Origin: an uncultured Chitinophagales bacterium
Lineage (GTDB): Bacteria; Bacteroidota; Bacteroidia; Chitinophagales; JADIYW01
Length of the DNA stretch: 64,000 nt
Assembly (NCBI GenBank): GCA_964507125.1
Contig: CAZDOT010000002.1
Location: 14,863-78,862, forward strand
Direction of reading: 5' to 3'
Shown: piece after piece, positions 23,142-32,539 of the stretch
Layout of the letters: every line of letters begins with the position of its first letter
Numbering within the stretch: the stretch's first letter is position 1
Notes under the pieces: model-generated
What the model was told of the DNA's origin: nothing
Databases searched by the model: none
What the model saw: the letters and a program-made list of their open reading frames with translations, nothing else
Made by a program: the position numbers and the translations under genes

Positions 23142-23180
23142 ATTAGTCATTAGTCACTAATACTTGGACTAATGACTAAT
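23142..23180 (-). other. 14-bp hairpin between tuf and tRNA-Trp, built from tandem heptamers
   Basis: attagtcattagtc (23142-23155) pairs with gactaatgactaat (23167-23180) across an 11-nt loop. It ends 2 nt from the tRNA 5' end. Confidence 0.55.
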
Positions 23181-23195
23181 GACGGATTATATAAA

Positions 23196-24383
23196 TTATT
23201 TAATAATTTCAGTAACCTGACCAGCACCTACTGTTCTACCACCTTCACGGATAGCGAATTTCAAACCTTTCTCTAATGCTACCGGGTAAATTAATTTAAC
23301 CGTTAAAGTAACATTATCACCAGGCATTACCATCTCAACGCCAGCTGGCAATTCGATTTCACCTGTAACGTCTGTTGTTCTTAAGTAGAATTGTGGACGG
23401 TATTTGTTAAAGAATGGTGTATGACGACCACCTTCATCTTTAGATAAGATATACACCTCACATTTGAACTCTGTATGTGGAGTTACTGAACCTGGTTTGC
23501 AGATTACCATACCACGTTTGATATCTGTTTTCTCGATACCACGTAATAAGATACCTACGTTTTCACCTGCTTCACCAATATCTAAGATTTTACGGAACAT
23601 CTCAACACCTGTACATGTAGATGTCATAGATTTTTCTTGCAAACCAACGATTTCAACCGGCTCACCTGTTTTCACAACACCTCTTTCGATACGACCTGTA
23701 GCAACTGTACCACGACCTGTGATAGAGAATACGTCTTCAACCGGCATTAAGAATGGTTGGTCGATTGGACGTGGAGGTAATGGAATCCACTCATCAACTG
23801 CTTTCATTAAAGCTTCGATTTGTGCCGTTCCGTTTGGATCATCTTGTAATGCTTTTAATGCAGAACCTTTAATGATTGGAGTGTTGTCGCCATCATATCC
23901 TCTTTTAGATAATTCTTCACGGATATCCATTTCAACTAACTCTAATAATTCAGGATCGTCAACTAAATCTTCTTTGTTCATGAATACCACCATACGAGGT
24001 ACACCAACCTGAGCAGCTAATAAGATGTGCTCTTTTGTTTGTGGCATCGGACCATCTGTAGAAGCAACTACTAAGATAGCACCGTCCATTTGAGCAGCAC
24101 CTGTAATCATGTTTTTGATGTAATCCGCGTGACCTGGACAGTCAACGTGTGCATAGTGACGTGATGTTGTTTGATATTCAACGTGAGCTGTATTAATTGT
24201 AATACCTCTCTCTTTTTCTTCCGGAGCAGCGTCGATTGAATCATAATCTTTTTTCTCTGCTAAACCAGATTTTGACAACACATATGTGATTGCTGCTGTC
24301 AATGTAGTTTTACCGTGGTCAACGTGACCAATTGTTCCGATGTTAACGTGCGGCTTATCTTTTACAAATTTTTCCTTAGCCAT
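23196..24383 (-). CDS. tuf: elongation factor Tu
   Basis: [13 protein letters not shown] and NKED motifs; 395 aa. Confidence 0.98.
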   Translation of the reverse strand: MAKEKFVKDKPHVNIGTIGHVDHGKTTLTAAITYVLSKSGLAEKKDYDSIDAAPEEKERGITINTAHVEYQTTSRHYAHVDCPGHADYIKNMITGAAQMDGAILVVASTDGPMPQTKEHILLAAQVGVPRMVVFMNKEDLVDDPELLELVEMDIREELSKRGYDGDNTPIIKGSALKALQDDPNGTAQIEALMKAVDEWIPLPPRPIDQPFLMPVEDVFSITGRGTVATGRIERGVVKTGEPVEIVGLQEKSMTSTCTGVEMFRKILDIGEAGENVGILLRGIEKTDIKRGMVICKPGSVTPHTEFKCEVYILSKDEGGRHTPFFNKYRPQFYLRTTDVTGEIELPAGVEMVMPGDNVTLTVKLIYPVALEKGLKFAIREGGRTVGAGQVTEIIK

Positions 24384-24438
24384 GATTTGTTTTTTTAAAA
24401 TATTTAATAATTATTCAACAAGTATATTATTCAAATTG

Positions 24439-24510
<72 letters not shown>

Positions 24511-24585
24511 GATAGAGTGTTGAGTCGAAAATTCGCCCATTCATTTAATTTCGAGTAGATACCTTAGCAACTACTTCATGTTTTG

Positions 24586-24658
24586 AGCGGAAGACGAGGT
24601 TCGAACCCGCGACCTACAGCTTGGAAGGCTGTCGCTCTACCAGCTGAGCTACTTCCGC
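24586..24658 (-). tRNA. tRNA-Gly (anticodon TCC)
   Basis: Acceptor GCGGAAG/CTTCCGC, anticodon loop CTTCCAA, T-loop TTCGAAC. Confidence 0.9.
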
Positions 24659-24760
24659 ATTTTAGTTCAACTTTTATGAGTTGTAACTAATTCAAACTTT
24701 TACTCTTTATTTACAAAGAACTTACATACCTAACAACTTTCGTTGTACGTATTTTTTTTG

Positions 24761-24843
24761 TGGGCAAGGATGGATTCGAACCACCGAACTCCGAAGAGGA
24801 CAGATTTACAGTCTGTTGCCGTTGGCCACTTGGCTACTTACCC
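24761..24843 (-). tRNA. tRNA-Tyr (anticodon GTA), long variable arm
   Basis: Acceptor GGGTAAG/CTTGCCC, anticodon loop CTGTAAA; 83 nt with a class II variable arm. Confidence 0.9.
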
Positions 24844-24858
24844 TTGCTTTGTGCATAG

Positions 24859-24932
24859 AGCCGATGGAGGGATTCGAACCCCCGACCCGCTGATTACAAA
24901 TCAGCTGCTCTGGCCAACTGAGCTACATCGGC
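24859..24932 (-). tRNA. tRNA-Thr (anticodon TGT)
   Basis: Acceptor GCCGATG/CATCGGC, anticodon loop TTTGTAA, T-loop TTCGAAT. Confidence 0.9.
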
Positions 24933-24997
24933 ACAAAACTTATTTATTTACAAGAACTTATACGAAAACTAACCATCATTGCCTAATTTTCGGAGTG

Positions 24998-25026
24998 CAA
25001 ATATACGATTTTATTCTGATATTCAA
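24998..25026 (-). promoter_or_regulatory. candidate promoter of the tRNA-tuf operon
   Basis: Minus strand has TTG (25026-25024), an 18-nt spacer, then TATATTTG (25005-24998), which matches TAnnTTTG. It lies about 65 nt upstream of the first tRNA. Confidence 0.3.
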
Positions 25027-25299
25027 TCATTGTTCAAAAAAAACTTATTGCTTTAAGATTATTTAAAGTTAGAATTCTTTCAAACGGGTCATTTTCTTCA
25101 AATATGTCTTCATTTTTATATATCAATAGACATTGATGTGGTTTAATTTACTTATCATTTTTCTTATTTAATGAATTGTCCAATTGAAACATTTTTTCAC
25201 TTTTTTGTTTTTTACTTTAAAACGCACAACTGGTTTTCAATACGTGTTATTTTTAGACAAGTGAATGCTTCATCTTGCAATACAATATTCTATAAAATA

Positions 25300-25326
25300 G
25301 AAAGCGACCTTAAATAGGCCGCTTTC
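25300..25326 (-). terminator. stem-loop downstream of hpf
   Basis: gaaagcg...cgctttc stem with inner cc/gg pairs; U-rich tail on the minus strand. Confidence 0.45.
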
Positions 25327-25354
25327 GTTTGTTTTATATTTGAATTTTAAATTT

Positions 25355-25654
25355 TTATTCTTTTTGTTTTGTTTTAATTTTTAATAATTGCTTTTTGAGA
25401 GAATCAACGGCTAAGTCGATAGCTTCTTCAAATTTTTTACTTTTTTCTTTGGCTATAAGGGTGCTTCCCGGTATATTGGTTTTAATCACCACTACTTTAT
25501 CTCTTACTTGTGTATTTAACTGTTCCAAACTCAACACTACATCTGAATCAATGATTCGATCGTAGAAAGTTTCTAATTTTGTCATTTTCTTGTTAATAAA
25601 CGATTTCAAGGATTGGTCGGCATCAAAGTGCACGGTTTGAATTTGAATTTTCAT
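25355..25654 (-). CDS. hpf: ribosome hibernation/ribosome-associated inhibitor (HPF/RaiA family, short form)
   Basis: MKIQIQTVHFDADQSLKSFINKKMTKLETFYDRI... is a typical S30AE fold sequence. Start taken at ATG 25654. Confidence 0.85.
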   Translation of the reverse strand: MKIQIQTVHFDADQSLKSFINKKMTKLETFYDRIIDSDVVLSLEQLNTQVRDKVVVIKTNIPGSTLIAKEKSKKFEEAIDLAVDSLKKQLLKIKTKQKE

Positions 25655-25807
25655 AGACATAATAAAAAGTTTAATTATTATAAATTGATCGCTCATAGGA
25701 TAACTACTAAACAAATAGTAATTATGTATTAGATTTTAAAAATGAACCATAGGCTGAATGTGTTTATGAATTTAAATTTATGAATTATATTTATCTCTTG
25801 TATCTCG

Positions 25808-26698
25808 TTAAGATTTTGGATGTGCGGTTTTATATATTTCTTTTAATTGCTCAATTGTATTGTGTGTATATACTTGGGTAGATGCTAAACTTGCATGTCC
25901 CAAAAGTTCTTTTATATCATTTAATTTGGCTCCATTATTACTCATGTGTGTTGCAAAAGAATGTCGTAGTACGTGTGGACTTTTTTTATCTGTAGTGCTA
26001 CAATATCCAATTTGTTTCTTCACTAATCTATAAACAAAGTTTGGATACAATTGATTCCCATCTTTCGTTAAAAAAACATAAGGAGCAACAGGAATATTTT
26101 TAAATAAATCTTTTTGTGTTTGTTGGTATATTTTCAACGAATCACATAACGGGTTACCGATGGGAATTAAGCGTTGCTTATTGCCTTTTCCGGTTACTTT
26201 AATTTGTTGAGTGGAAAAAAAGATATCATTCCAAGTTAATTGAATTAATTCATTTCTGCGCATGCCTGTGGAATACAAAACATCTATAATTAGTTTTTCT
26301 TGAATACCTTCATATGATTGATCGAAGAATCGTTCGGGTTCATTAAAAAGTAGGTTGATATTTTGCTGCTCTACGAACTTAGGTAATCGTTCGGGAGTTT
26401 TAGGTGTATTCACTTTATCAGCAGGATTTATTTTTATATTACCAATCCGTAGATGGTATTTATAAAAAGATTTAAGTGCGGAAATTTTTCGTTTAATGCT
26501 GGATGGTTGATTCTTTTTTTCCACCAACTCTACGACCCAAGTTCGGATAAGTGTTTGATTTACCAAAAGTAAATCTTCTATTTGATAATTATCTTTTATA
26601 AAATAAAAAAACTGTAGAATATCTATTTTATAAGATTCTACAGTTTTGTTGGAATATCGTTTCTCGTATTGGAGATAATTGAGGAATGCTTCTATCAT
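25808..26698 (-). CDS. tyrosine site-specific recombinase, XerC/XerD-like
   Basis: Catalytic R (GMRRNEL), HVLRHSFAT (HxxR), LGHASLASTQVYTH (H...Y). Confidence 0.85.
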   Translation of the reverse strand: MIEAFLNYLQYEKRYSNKTVESYKIDILQFFYFIKDNYQIEDLLLVNQTLIRTWVVELVEKKNQPSSIKRKISALKSFYKYHLRIGNIKINPADKVNTPKTPERLPKFVEQQNINLLFNEPERFFDQSYEGIQEKLIIDVLYSTGMRRNELIQLTWNDIFFSTQQIKVTGKGNKQRLIPIGNPLCDSLKIYQQTQKDLFKNIPVAPYVFLTKDGNQLYPNFVYRLVKKQIGYCSTTDKKSPHVLRHSFATHMSNNGAKLNDIKELLGHASLASTQVYTHNTIEQLKEIYKTAHPKS

Positions 26699-26767
26699 TT
26701 TCGCTTCTATTAATCTTCGCTAAATTGGAAAGATTAAATTAAACAAAAAATTTGATAGTTGCAACTA

Positions 26768-26959
26768 TTATTCTTCTCCTCTGCGAAGTTGCTCTACGTA
26801 AATTGCTTTTTTAATCTCTGTACGTCTTTTTACAGATGGCAATGTGAACGCTTGACGTGCACGCAATTGTTTAACGGTGCCTGTTTTTTCAAATTTTTTC
26901 TTGAAAATTTTTAATGCTCTGTCTAATGACTCTGAATCTCTTGCATCAACGATTAACAT
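26768..26959 (-). CDS. rpsU: 30S ribosomal protein S21
   Basis: 63 aa, basic, S21-like (LDRALKIFKKKFEKTG...KRR). Confidence 0.95.
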   Translation of the reverse strand: MLIVDARDSESLDRALKIFKKKFEKTGTVKQLRARQAFTLPSVKRRTEIKKAIYVEQLRRGEE

Positions 26960-26994
26960 AATTAAATACCTCTTTTATTTTTAGAATTGGATGG

Positions 26995-27002
26995 CAAAGA
27001 TA
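26995..27002 (-). promoter_or_regulatory. candidate -7 box (TATCTTTG) upstream of rpsU
   Basis: Exact TAnnTTTG match on the minus strand about 36 nt upstream of the rpsU ATG. No clear -33 element. Confidence 0.25.
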
Positions 27003-27055
27003 ATGATTAATTTGAAAATGAGGAAATTAGTTAATCTGAAAATAAGAATTTAATG

Positions 27056-28204
27056 TTAAATATTTCCTTTCAAAATTTCACGGCTGATAACTAATTTTTG
27101 TATCTCGGAAGTGCCTTCTCCGATAGTACATAACTTGGCATCTCGATAAAATTTCTCTACCGGAAAATCTTTGATATATCCGTAACCACCTAAAATTTGA
27201 ACAGCATCGTTTGCTACTTTACAAGCTACTTCGGATGCATAATACTTGGCAAATGCTGATTGTTTCGTCATTTTCTCGCCACGAATCATCATATCTGCTG
27301 CTTGGAATGTTAACAATTTAGCTGCTTCAATTTCGGTAGCCATATCTGCCAATTTAAATCCGATAGCTTGGAAATCTGCAATCGGTTTTCCAAATTGCTC
27401 GCGTTCTTTGGCATATTTAACAGCAGCTTCGTAAGCACCAACTGCAATACTGATACTTAATGCTGCAATAGAAATACGACCTCCATCTAATATTTTCATG
27501 GCTTGCACAAACCCATCACCTACTTGTCCTAATACATTTTCTTTCGGCACTCTGCAATTATCAAAAATCATTTCTGCTGTTTCTGAGCAACGCATACCTA
27601 ATTTATTTTCTTTTTTTCCACCACTAAAACCTGGAGTACCGCGCTCTACTACAAAGGCTGTCATGCCGTGACTGTCCAACAGCTCTCCGGTTCTGGCAAT
27701 TACAACGGCTACATTACCACTTATACCATGTGTGATGAAATTTTTTGCACCATTAAGTACCCAATGGTCGCCATCTTGATGTGCGACACATTTCATTCTG
27801 CCTGCGTCAGAGCCGGTGTTTGGTTCTGTTAAACCCCAAGCTCCAATCCATTGGCCGGATGCCAACTTTGGTATCCAACGCTTGCGTTGTTCTTCGTTTC
27901 CAAATTTATATATATGATTGGTACAAAGTGAGTTGTGTGCTGCTACTGATAAGCACAAGGCACTATCCACTTTTCCAATTTCTATTAATGCGGTGATGTA
28001 TTCATTATAGCTTAAACCGGCACCACCGTAAGCTTCCGGAATTAATATTCCCATTAAACCTAATTCGCCTAATTTATGCAAAGTTTCTACCGGGAAATGC
28101 TGTGTTTCATCCCATTCCATTACATAAGGTCTGATGTGTTTTTCCGCAAAATCACGTACGGTTTGCGCAATCATTTGTTGGTTCTCAGAGTATTCGAAGT
28201 TCAT
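27056..28204 (-). CDS. acyl-CoA dehydrogenase (short/medium-chain type)
   Basis: 382 aa; GLTEPNTGSD and QILGGYGYIKDFPVEKFYRDAKLCTIGEGTSEIQ. Confidence 0.9.
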   Translation of the reverse strand: MNFEYSENQQMIAQTVRDFAEKHIRPYVMEWDETQHFPVETLHKLGELGLMGILIPEAYGGAGLSYNEYITALIEIGKVDSALCLSVAAHNSLCTNHIYKFGNEEQRKRWIPKLASGQWIGAWGLTEPNTGSDAGRMKCVAHQDGDHWVLNGAKNFITHGISGNVAVVIARTGELLDSHGMTAFVVERGTPGFSGGKKENKLGMRCSETAEMIFDNCRVPKENVLGQVGDGFVQAMKILDGGRISIAALSISIAVGAYEAAVKYAKEREQFGKPIADFQAIGFKLADMATEIEAAKLLTFQAADMMIRGEKMTKQSAFAKYYASEVACKVANDAVQILGGYGYIKDFPVEKFYRDAKLCTIGEGTSEIQKLVISREILKGNI

Positions 28205-28291
28205 GAAAAATAATTTTAAGCTAAGATAGGAAAATTAATAGAAGTAATTAAAAGTAAGAAGTAAGATGATTAAATTTAAAATAAAAAGTCC

Positions 28292-28307
28292 GAAGGTGAA
28301 AACCTTC
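28292..28307 (-). terminator. short GNRA-type hairpin downstream of the comEA-like gene
   Basis: gaaggt-gaaa-accttc; followed by a U-run on the minus strand (ggacttttt). Confidence 0.4.
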
Positions 28308-28355
28308 ACTCGCTCAAGTATGAGTCTATAAAATAATTCTACATTATATAATTTA

Positions 28356-29057
28356 TTATTCAACCATTACATAAGGCAACATTTTATCGTATTGTTCTGG
28401 ATGGTCTTTTATGAAGTAGAGATTTTTTATATCATCAACTGTTGCAAATGGTTTCACTTTTGTTCTGTAGCCAATAATTTGTTTAGCAACAGTAGAAAAG
28501 AAATATGGATTTGCAGTAAGTTCTTCAAATGTTGCCGAGTTGATATTTATTTTTTTAATTTTTGCAGGTTTGATAGTTAAATTTTTTTTAAACTTCTGAA
28601 ACGTAGAGTCTTCAATACCATACACATCTTTTAGTTGATTGACAGTATAAAAACCGCCCAATTTATCTCTAAAAGTAACAATTCTTGTGGCATATACTTT
28701 CCCAATCCCATAGAGTTTTTCAAAATCAGAGACGGTTGCACTATTTACTTCAATTACAAAGGTTGTTTTTGGGGAATATACTTTAGCACTACTGTTTTGA
28801 GTACCATTCAAATTAGACTGTTGATTTTGAGGATTCCATTTATTTTCCTTATAGTTAGAATAGGTTGTTTTAGATGTTGCAATCTGTTCTTCTAATTGTT
28901 TAATTTTTTGTAGGTCATTCACAATTGGTTTTTCATCTTTTACCCAATAATTTACAATATAACGTTTAAAAGTGATGCTACAAATTATTAATACAGACAG
29001 AAAAATAATGCCGTTTCTTTCATACCGTGAAAATTGAAAATCAGACGTGAGCTTCAT
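28356..29057 (-). CDS. ComEA-like helix-hairpin-helix DNA-binding protein
   Basis: N-terminal TM anchor and two HhH modules (VNSATVSDFEKLYGIGKVYATRIV and INSATFEELTANPYF...). Start taken at ATG 29057. Confidence 0.7.
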   Translation of the reverse strand: MKLTSDFQFSRYERNGIIFLSVLIICSITFKRYIVNYWVKDEKPIVNDLQKIKQLEEQIATSKTTYSNYKENKWNPQNQQSNLNGTQNSSAKVYSPKTTFVIEVNSATVSDFEKLYGIGKVYATRIVTFRDKLGGFYTVNQLKDVYGIEDSTFQKFKKNLTIKPAKIKKININSATFEELTANPYFFSTVAKQIIGYRTKVKPFATVDDIKNLYFIKDHPEQYDKMLPYVMVE

Positions 29058-29074
29058 ATTTATCAAATATAAAA

Positions 29075-29100
29075 AAAGGTCTCGAAAAATCGAGACCTTT
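29075..29100 (-). terminator. rho-independent terminator after the ompA-family gene
   Basis: ggtctcga-aaaa-tcgagacc flanked by A and T runs. Confidence 0.7.
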
Positions 29101-29121
29101 TATATAAATATCTGAGATATA

Positions 29122-30555
29122 TTATCTAAAAATCAAGTTAAATTCAACTCTTCTGTTTTGAGCTCTACCTGCAGCAGTTTTGTTATCTGCTACCGGTTTT
29201 GTATCGCCATAACCAGCAGAAACTAAACGAGACGCAGCAATACCTTTTCCTGTTAAATAGGTAACAGCAGCAGCAGCTCTATCTTGAGATAATTTTAAGT
29301 TTTTAGCTTTATCGCCTACGTTATCTGTGTGTCCATCTACGTTTACATCATAGTAAGGATATTCTGTTAAGATAGAAGCAACTTCATCTAAAATTTTGTA
29401 AGATACGGGTTTGATAGTAGCTTTACCTGTTTCAAATTGGATGTTACGTGCAGCAAATGCTAAACGTTTTTTCACTTCTTCTTTTACTTCAGGGCAACCT
29501 TTGTTAGATGCTGGACCAGCAACATCCGGACATTTATCTTCGCTATCCATTACACCGTCACCATCTTTATCAGGGCAACCTTGTGCTATAAATGAACCTG
29601 CTACATCCGGGCATTTATCTTTTTCATTGATGATACCATCACCATCTCTATCCGGATCTGGGCAACCACCAAATTTAGCAATACCAGCTACTGTAGGGCA
29701 AGCATCTTTTGCATCTATAATTCCGTCTCCATCTGTATCAGGGCAACCATTTAACTCAACTAAACCAGCTACTGTAGGGCAATCGTCTTTGCTATCTTCA
29801 ACACCATCACCATCTGTATCAGGGCAACCATTGAATTGAGCTAAACCTGCTACTGTAGGGCAAGCATCATCGATATCATAAATTCCATCACCATCTGTAT
29901 CGATTGGTTTTACTTCAACAACTGCTGTTGTATCAACAGCAACTTCTTTACCTTTTCCTAAGTCTGCCATTAAACCACCACCAAATACGATGTGATTATC
30001 ATTGTTTTTAATACCAAAATTGTAACCACCATTAATATTTAATGCAATATTGTTTGCTACTTTAAAGTTGATACCTGCACCAATTGGAATACCGAAACCG
30101 TTTACGTTATCTTTTAATACTGGCGTTACAGCCCAAGTACCTTGTAATTTTGCATATAAATAAGGAGAAACTGCTGCATCTTCTTTTAAGATGTAACCAT
30201 TATTAAATTTATACGCTACTAATGCAGAATATAATAAGTTATAAGTATTAATTGTTGGCAATGTTGCATTTCCTTTAGAAGAAAACGCATGGCTACCCAA
30301 GTCAACACCTACTGCTACGGATGAAATTGGATTGTACCAAAGTGTAAAACGAGGACCGAAAGAAACCGGATTTTTAAACGTTGATAATTTTTTAAGAGCC
30401 GGAGAATAGTAATCTGCTACCTCCATTCCTAAACCGATACTAAAGCGACTGTTTCCTACTGCGCTATTTTTGTTCTTAGGTGGTTTTTTAGCACCCATTG
30501 CTACAAAACTAAATAAGAGAAGTACTGCACAAACTAATACGATACTTTTTTTCAT
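29122..30555 (-). CDS. OmpA-family outer-membrane protein with thrombospondin type-3 repeats
   Basis: Signal peptide and N-terminal beta-barrel. Five CP.VAG...GCPD.DGDG repeats. C-terminal OmpA domain (TDNVGD...NLKLSQDRA...NRRVEF). Confidence 0.9.
   Translation of the reverse strand: MKKSIVLVCAVLLLFSFVAMGAKKPPKNKNSAVGNSRFSIGLGMEVADYYSPALKKLSTFKNPVSFGPRFTLWYNPISSVAVGVDLGSHAFSSKGNATLPTINTYNLLYSALVAYKFNNGYILKEDAAVSPYLYAKLQGTWAVTPVLKDNVNGFGIPIGAGINFKVANNIALNINGGYNFGIKNNDNHIVFGGGLMADLGKGKEVAVDTTAVVEVKPIDTDGDGIYDIDDACPTVAGLAQFNGCPDTDGDGVEDSKDDCPTVAGLVELNGCPDTDGDGIIDAKDACPTVAGIAKFGGCPDPDRDGDGIINEKDKCPDVAGSFIAQGCPDKDGDGVMDSEDKCPDVAGPASNKGCPEVKEEVKKRLAFAARNIQFETGKATIKPVSYKILDEVASILTEYPYYDVNVDGHTDNVGDKAKNLKLSQDRAAAAVTYLTGKGIAASRLVSAGYGDTKPVADNKTAAGRAQNRRVEFNLIFR
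29488..29901 (-). repeat. in-frame tandem 81/87-bp repeats encoding TSP3-like calcium-binding units
   Basis: The string ccatctgtatcagggcaacca recurs at 29561, 29642, 29729, 29810 and 29891, giving periods of 81, 87, 81 and 81. Confidence 0.85.
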
Positions 30556-30610
30556 AAAGACTTTGGTTTAAATTTATTGGTCAAAAATAGTGTTAATTTA
30601 TATTAAAACA

Positions 30611-30618
30611 CAAATTTA
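30611..30618 (-). promoter_or_regulatory. candidate -7 box (TAAATTTG) upstream of the ompA-family gene
   Basis: Exact TAnnTTTG match on the minus strand about 56 nt upstream of the ATG. The nearest TTG is 24 nt upstream, which is a long spacer. Confidence 0.25.
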
Positions 30619-30789
30619 AACAACTTTTTTACTAATTAGACACAAAATACACAGAATTTGTGATACACATTGTTGAAAACTAAAATATGAAAAGGCAATT
30701 ATAGCATACGTGCTATATATAAATAAAGTATTCCTAAATATTTTGTTGTGGAATTAATGGTATTATCATTGGTAGATTGATTGAAAACA

Positions 30790-31389
30790 ATGAACTTTGT
30801 GAAAAATTTATCTATGCAAGAGCTCAAGGAAATTATAACAGTTACATTAGTTTTATTTGCTATCATAGATATTCTGGGCTCTGTTCCTATTATTTTAGAT
30901 ATAAAATCAAAAGTAGGACATGTGGATGCGAAATATGCAACTGCTGTTTCCGGTTTAATTATGTTGATGTTTCTATTTTTGGGTAATCAGCTTTTAAATT
31001 TAATCGGTATTGATGTTGCTTCGTTTTCTATTGCAGGTTCTATTGTGATTTTTTTAATTGGATTAGAGATGACATTAAACCGTGATATTTTTAAATCGGG
31101 CAATGCAACCGTAAAAAGTTCGTCTGTAGTTCCTATTGCATTTCCGATGATTGCAGGTGCCGGTACTTTAACTACTTTACTCTCTTTGCGCTCCGAATAT
31201 CAGCTCTATATAATACTGATTGCGGTATTTATCAACTTGGCATTTATTTATTTTGTAATTCGATTTATTCCTAAAATTGAGAAGTTATTAGGCGATACCG
31301 GAATTAATATTTTTAGAAAAGTATTTGGCGTCATTCTGTTATCCATTGCCATTAAACTTTTCTCTAAAAATGTAGCGTTGTTATTTTAA
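30790..31389 (+). CDS. MarC family (UPF0056) membrane protein
   Basis: Polytopic, about 200 aa, with the IDILGSVPIIL motif near the N-terminus. ATG at 30790; the track starts at TTG 30781. Confidence 0.8.
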   Translation: MNFVKNLSMQELKEIITVTLVLFAIIDILGSVPIILDIKSKVGHVDAKYATAVSGLIMLMFLFLGNQLLNLIGIDVASFSIAGSIVIFLIGLEMTLNRDIFKSGNATVKSSSVVPIAFPMIAGAGTLTTLLSLRSEYQLYIILIAVFINLAFIYFVIRFIPKIEKLLGDTGINIFRKVFGVILLSIAIKLFSKNVALLF

Positions 31390-31404
31390 TAAATGAACAT
31401 TTAT

Positions 31405-32115
31405 TTAGGTGGTAACTTTATGAATATGCGCATTCGGCATATCACTTTCTACTAATCCATCGCGCATGCGTACAATACGGTGTGTGTAAGCAGCAATATC
31501 TTCTTCGTGTGTAACCACTACTAATGTGTTTCCATTGAGATGAATTTCTTCAAACAACTTCATAATTTCATAAGAAGTTTTCGAGTCTAAATTTCCGGTT
31601 GGTTCATCGGCTAAAATAAGTGATGGTTTGTTTACCAAAGCACGTGCTACTGCTACACGTTGACGTTGTCCGCCCGATAACTCGTTTGGTTTATGCTTCA
31701 TTCTGTTGGCTAAGCCTACTTGTTCTAACACTTCCATTGCTCGCTCTTCCCTATCTTTCTTGCTCCAACCGGCATAAATTAAAGGTAGAGCCACGTTTTC
31801 CAAAGTATTTAATCTTGGAATGAGATTAAAAGTTTGGAAGATAAATCCGATTTGTTTATTTCTAACGGCGGCCAATGCATTATCAGATGATTTGCTCACA
31901 TCATTTCCTTCTAAAAAATATTGACCGGAACTTGGCGTATCTAAACATCCTAAAATATTCATTAAGGTAGATTTGCCCGAACCGGATGGACCCATTAATG
32001 CAACATATTCGTTTTTAAAAATTTCTAAATTAATTTCTTTTAAAGCATGAATCGTTTCATCACCTAAATGAAATGCTCGTTTTATATTTTTTAAACTGAT
32101 AACAGGTTGCATCAT
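31405..32115 (-). CDS. ABC transporter ATP-binding protein (LolD/MacB-type)
   Basis: Walker [35 protein letters not shown]. Confidence 0.85.
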   Translation of the reverse strand: MMQPVISLKNIKRAFHLGDETIHALKEINLEIFKNEYVALMGPSGSGKSTLMNILGCLDTPSSGQYFLEGNDVSKSSDNALAAVRNKQIGFIFQTFNLIPRLNTLENVALPLIYAGWSKKDREERAMEVLEQVGLANRMKHKPNELSGGQRQRVAVARALVNKPSLILADEPTGNLDSKTSYEIMKLFEEIHLNGNTLVVVTHEEDIAAYTHRIVRMRDGLVESDMPNAHIHKVTT

Positions 32116-32122
32116 AGTGTTT

Positions 32123-32422
32123 CTAGTATTTTGTTCCTTTTACAAATTTTGGAACTTTAATGTAATCAGCATTTTTAAGTGGTGCATTCATTAATGCTGC
32201 GTCTTTAGATATAGGATAATGAACTTCATCATCTCTAACAACATTTACATCTTCATTAATGTATATTAATGGTTCAACTCCGGTTGTATCTAACTCATTT
32301 AATTTCTCCATAAAATTCAGGATTTTTTCTAAATCTGATTTGATGGCAACTTTCTCTTGTGGATTAAAAGTCAACTTAGTAAGATTAGATAGTTTATCTA
32401 TTATTTCATCATTTACTTGCAT
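32123..32422 (-). CDS. gatC: Asp/Glu-tRNA amidotransferase subunit C
   Basis: 99-aa GatC-like sequence ([17 protein letters not shown]...[12 protein letters not shown]). Confidence 0.85.
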   Translation of the reverse strand: MQVNDEIIDKLSNLTKLTFNPQEKVAIKSDLEKILNFMEKLNELDTTGVEPLIYINEDVNVVRDDEVHYPISKDAALMNAPLKNADYIKVPKFVKGTKY

Positions 32423-32480
32423 ATGCTGCTATATTCGTATCTGTTTATTAAAAATTATTACGAAGATATAAACAAAAAAA

Positions 32481-32514
32481 GACACAAAAGATATTTTGTT
32501 GTATCTCTTGTGCC
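32481..32514 (-). terminator. terminator after the giant T9SS cargo gene
   Basis: gacacaaaagata / tatctcttgtgcc imperfect 13-bp stem (11/13), followed by a U-tract on the minus strand (32473-32480). Confidence 0.55.
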
Positions 32515-32539
32515 TAAATTGTATAATAAAACAGATAGA

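Noticed and set aside
24743-25066. 107-aa ORF spanning the tRNA-Tyr and tRNA-Thr genes.
   Set aside because: It overlaps two well-folding tRNA genes on the opposite strand and is not coding.
25808-26698. Tyrosine recombinase near a tRNA cluster, considered as a marker of an integrated genomic island.
   Set aside because: It is flanked on both sides by core genes (rpsU, hpf). It lies on the 5' side of the tRNA cluster rather than at a tRNA 3' end. I saw no att-like duplication of tRNA sequence and no cargo genes. It is most consistent with a chromosomal Xer-type recombinase.
29411-29839. 142-aa plus-strand ORF with a repetitive SGQP/PSPS sequence.
   Set aside because: It is the antisense reading of the TSP3 tandem repeats of the OmpA-family gene.
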